Source: a virus. Taken from it: a DNA stretch of 64,000 nt. Where the stretch lies: IMG/VR virus record IMGVR_UViG_3300022751_000016, positions 1 to 64,000 of that record; one strand, given 5' to 3'. A model generated the notes under the pieces. The model did no database searches. It had not been told where the DNA came from and saw only the letters and a program-made list of their open reading frames with translations. Positions 60,746-64,000 of this stretch are shown here, piece by piece (the stretch's first letter is position 1; each line of letters begins with the position of its first letter). The translations under genes and the position numbers were made by a program.

Positions 60746-63700
60746 ATGATAGATTTAAACATTTGCAAGAAAGGTGATATTTTAATATCAAAACACGGAG
60801 AAAAGTTAACTTACGTAAGAAAATTAAATCCTGAAATTGATTATTATGACCATGAAGTTTCATATAATAGTGAGCTGTTAGGAAATGGAACACGAACTAA
60901 TGATGGATTTGTAATGAGAAATGAAAAGTCAAGATTAGAGAGTGACCACGACATAGTAGAAATAATTCATATTTAATGAACAATAAACAACTAAAATGCA
61001 CAATTAATTTTCATCTAAAAATACTGCTAACATACCAACAAAGTTATAAAAAGACAGATGATATTTATATAGAAGCTTACAACTATTTAAAACAACATGA
61101 GCTTAACGACTCACAAAAAGAAATATTATATGAAAGATATATTGAAGATAGCAAGACAAGAGTATCCTAAAGGAACATTATTTTATTCGGCTACAGGCAA
61201 CTTAAAGTCCCCACTTAGAGTAAGTTCTTTACAGATTAGCGAAGTTTACAAAGGAACCATAATTAACACTGAGGGAGGAATTATCTATGATAATGGAACT
61301 TACGCAAAGAAAGTATAACATGGGAGGAGTAATATTACATTTGGCTATTGTAGCTGTTATGGGTTGGTTATTATATAACACTGAAACTTAGAAACTATGG
61401 GAAATCCGAAACTTTACGGGCAATATCAAGGAGATAGACATTTTATAGAAGTTACTCCAGAGAACGAAGATAAAATATTTTTAAAAACTAAAAATAAGAT
61501 GTCACATTTGACACCCAAAAAGAAAAAACGTAAAAAATGAAAACAAGAGATAGAGCTTTAACTTGGTATAACAGCATGGGCAGAACAAAAAGAGAAGAGC
61601 TGTCTATAGATTATTACGGTTCTACATTACTAGATGATGTTGAGATAATAGAGATGTATTTTGAAGAAGTACCACATAAAAATTTAGAAGAAACAGTTGC
61701 TTTTCTTAAACTTTTTGCCGAGAAATTTGTAGCTAATACAGACACAGCTTATAAGGATAGAGAAATTAGAGAGTGGATTAATGAAAATTTAATTAGTTAA
61801 TTATGGAACAGTTTAAAAGAGCAAAGGTAATAATGTTACCAACAGAATCCTTTATACCAGGATCATTAATACAGCACTCAGATAATAAAAAATTACAATT
61901 AATTACAAATTCTAATTTTGATGAAGAAGATGCTAAACATTTAATTACAACTAAATGGAATACAGCTTTCAATATTTATATTATTTCAGATGATAAAATA
62001 AAAGAAGGTGATTATTTTATTAATGATGATGTTATTTTAAAATGTACTGGATTTAATCAACATTATATATTATCAGAAGATAAGTATGGATTAACATATT
62101 CACCAGCAGATTCTAATAAAATTATGGCTACAACAGATACTTCATTAGGATATTGGAAAGAAATAATGACTAAGGCAGGAGGAGATGAAGATACATTCTT
62201 CTCTTTACCTCAGCCTTCTCAACAATTCATTACTAAATATATTGAAGAATATAATAAAGGTAATATAATTACTGATGTGTTAGTTGAGTATGATATTACT
62301 TGGGTAGCTAATCATAATAATGGTTATCACTCTAAATCTTTAAAAATTAATCCTAAAGATAATACTATTAACATTAAATTAGAAGAAAAACATACTTACA
62401 CTAAAGAACAGCTAATCAAAGCTATGATTTGGGCGGAAAATAATGGAAAACATTATGTAGGTACAGATAAAGAAGGACAATTAGAACAGTTTAATGAGTA
62501 CATAAATAAACTTTAACTATGGAAGGTTTTGTAGTTTTGTTTATCTTAGCAATGTTTTTCTTAGGTCTTTTTCTCCCGCAAAATTCAATCACTGATGAGG
62601 AAGTCGCCGCAAACAAAAAAGAATTAGATAAGCTAGAAAATACTTTAAAAAGTGTTGATAATCTATATAAAGAGTGGGATATTTTAACTGAAAAAAGAAA
62701 AATAGCTTTAAAAGAATATAAAGGTGATTGGAGCGATTATAACAATATCAATGAAGAAATAGATTCGATAAAACTTAGAATAAAATGGTTACTAAAATAA
62801 AACTGATGAATGAAATACTAAAACACATAGGACAACCTAGATATGCTATAATAGATGCAGGATTATTTGGAGTTAGAATAGTTTCAGGAATAGTAGTAGG
62901 ATTTAGATTTACAGAAGAAGAACCTATTTATGAAATTGCTTTTGGAAGAGATAAGTGGTGGTCTAGTATAATTACAGACAACACTGATGATATTATTTCA
63001 CATTTGAAATTAGGTAGCTTAGAAAGAATTAAAGAATCTCATAAGCTTTCTATTAAGTATGAAAGTAATGAGGATTATATTAACTATTTGGCGGGAAATA
63101 AAAAATAAAAGTTATGAAAATATTAGAATTAGACGGATATAAATATTCAAGAAAAGAGTTTGAAGGTTACAAGTTTAGAAGTATTTTTAAATTTAGAGTT
63201 AATAATGATTGGAGAGATGACAGTAATTTAAATATATACACAGATAATCCAAACAGAGAAAAAGTTACTAGAGTGATAACTTCAAAAGCAACAGATAAAG
63301 TCATTGAAGTTCTTTTAGAACATTGGACTACAAAAGAACAAGATGATTTAATTGCTCAGTTTATTGAAGAAACATTAAAAGATATTTAATTATGAAAAAC
63401 ACAGATGAAATAATATTTGGAGCAATAATTGTAATTATATTAATATTGATTTATGCTTACTGTGAATATCTTGAACGTAAATATGATTTATTAGAAGAAA
63501 AATGCGAAGATGGAAAAACTCATGACTGGAAATTTGAAAATAATAGTACTGGTAATACAGGCGATTTAGGCTTTGGAATTAAAGGTTTTTGGAATATTGA
63601 CACATATTATTGCACCCACTGTTATAAACGAAAAAGAATTGAAAAATAAATAATCATGCTAAAACTCCTAAAAATAAACAAAAACTTAGAAGCTCAAGTA

Positions 63701-63895
63701 ATTGATTTAGAGTTTTCTGATAATCAAAGTGCTACACTTTATAAGTTTGGCAAGGACTGGATTTCAAATACTAGTGAATTAATTACTAAAGAATCTTTAA
63801 GACCTATTAAAGAACAGTTGGTTAAATATGGAGTGGAGGCTGACTTAGATGAATTTATTAATCAGTCTTTTATCGCGTATTTTGAGGATGTCTAA
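60746..63895 (+). other. Run of small/medium hypothetical ORFs (60746-60976, 60976-61170, about 61130-61318, 61537-61800, 61803-62516, 62519-62800, about 62806-63108, 63114-63389, 63392-63649, 63656-63895)
   Basis: Co-oriented, tightly packed ORFs. Confidence 0.5.
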
Positions 63896-64000
63896 CGGTC
63901 TTCGGCTTGCTCGTCGTTGTGGCGAGTGAGAAACAATATTAACAAATAATCAAAAAACTTTAAATTATGCCTAAAAATTCAAACACAGACTCGAAGCCAC
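63890..64000 (+). mobile_element. attC-like hairpin element (truncated by the window end)
   Basis: GTCTAAC (RYYYAAC) overlaps a stop codon; GTGGCGAGT (63919-63927) pairs with ACTCG-AA-GCCAC (63989-64000). Confidence 0.45.

Noticed and set aside
1-64000. Stop-codon reassignment, as in some crAss-like phages
   Set aside because: TerL, portal, MCP and other large genes are intact in the standard code, and TAG/TGA serve as real stops
1-64000. CRISPR array, DGR or canonical tRNA genes
   Set aside because: No regular repeat-spacer run, no reverse transcriptase or TR/VR pair, and no complete cloverleaf seen

Overview
AT-rich (roughly 30% GC by eye) fragment of a lytic crAss-like (Crassvirales-type, probably Flavobacteriaceae-infecting) Bacteroidota phage in the standard genetic code. 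Positions 1-28.1 kb (minus strand) hold the virion and lysis module: terminase large subunit, portal, putative scaffold, major and auxiliary capsid proteins, ring/tail proteins, several modular fibres, a GH19 endolysin, a holin-like protein, an HU/IHF-like protein and two free-standing homing endonucleases. A divergent promoter pair at about 28.1 kb starts the plus-strand block: putative Rep protein, adenine methylase, RecA, HNH nucleases, PhoH, SSB, a GroEL-GroES pair, spanin, a minimal kinase and NADAR. After a non-coding gap at about 51 kb comes a dense run of small early-type ORFs, including an orphan MazF/PemK-like protein. The most interesting signals are non-coding. They are a promoter-driven cluster of structured RNAs with two pseudoknots (37.0-37.3 kb), a kissing-loop leader shared by two genes, a genome-wide T-tract/GC-core/A-tract motif with saw-tooth strand skew, a 23-bp box upstream of six host-type promoters, a tRNA-like element and an attC-like hairpin at the right edge. 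All calls come from reading motifs by eye; no database searches were run.
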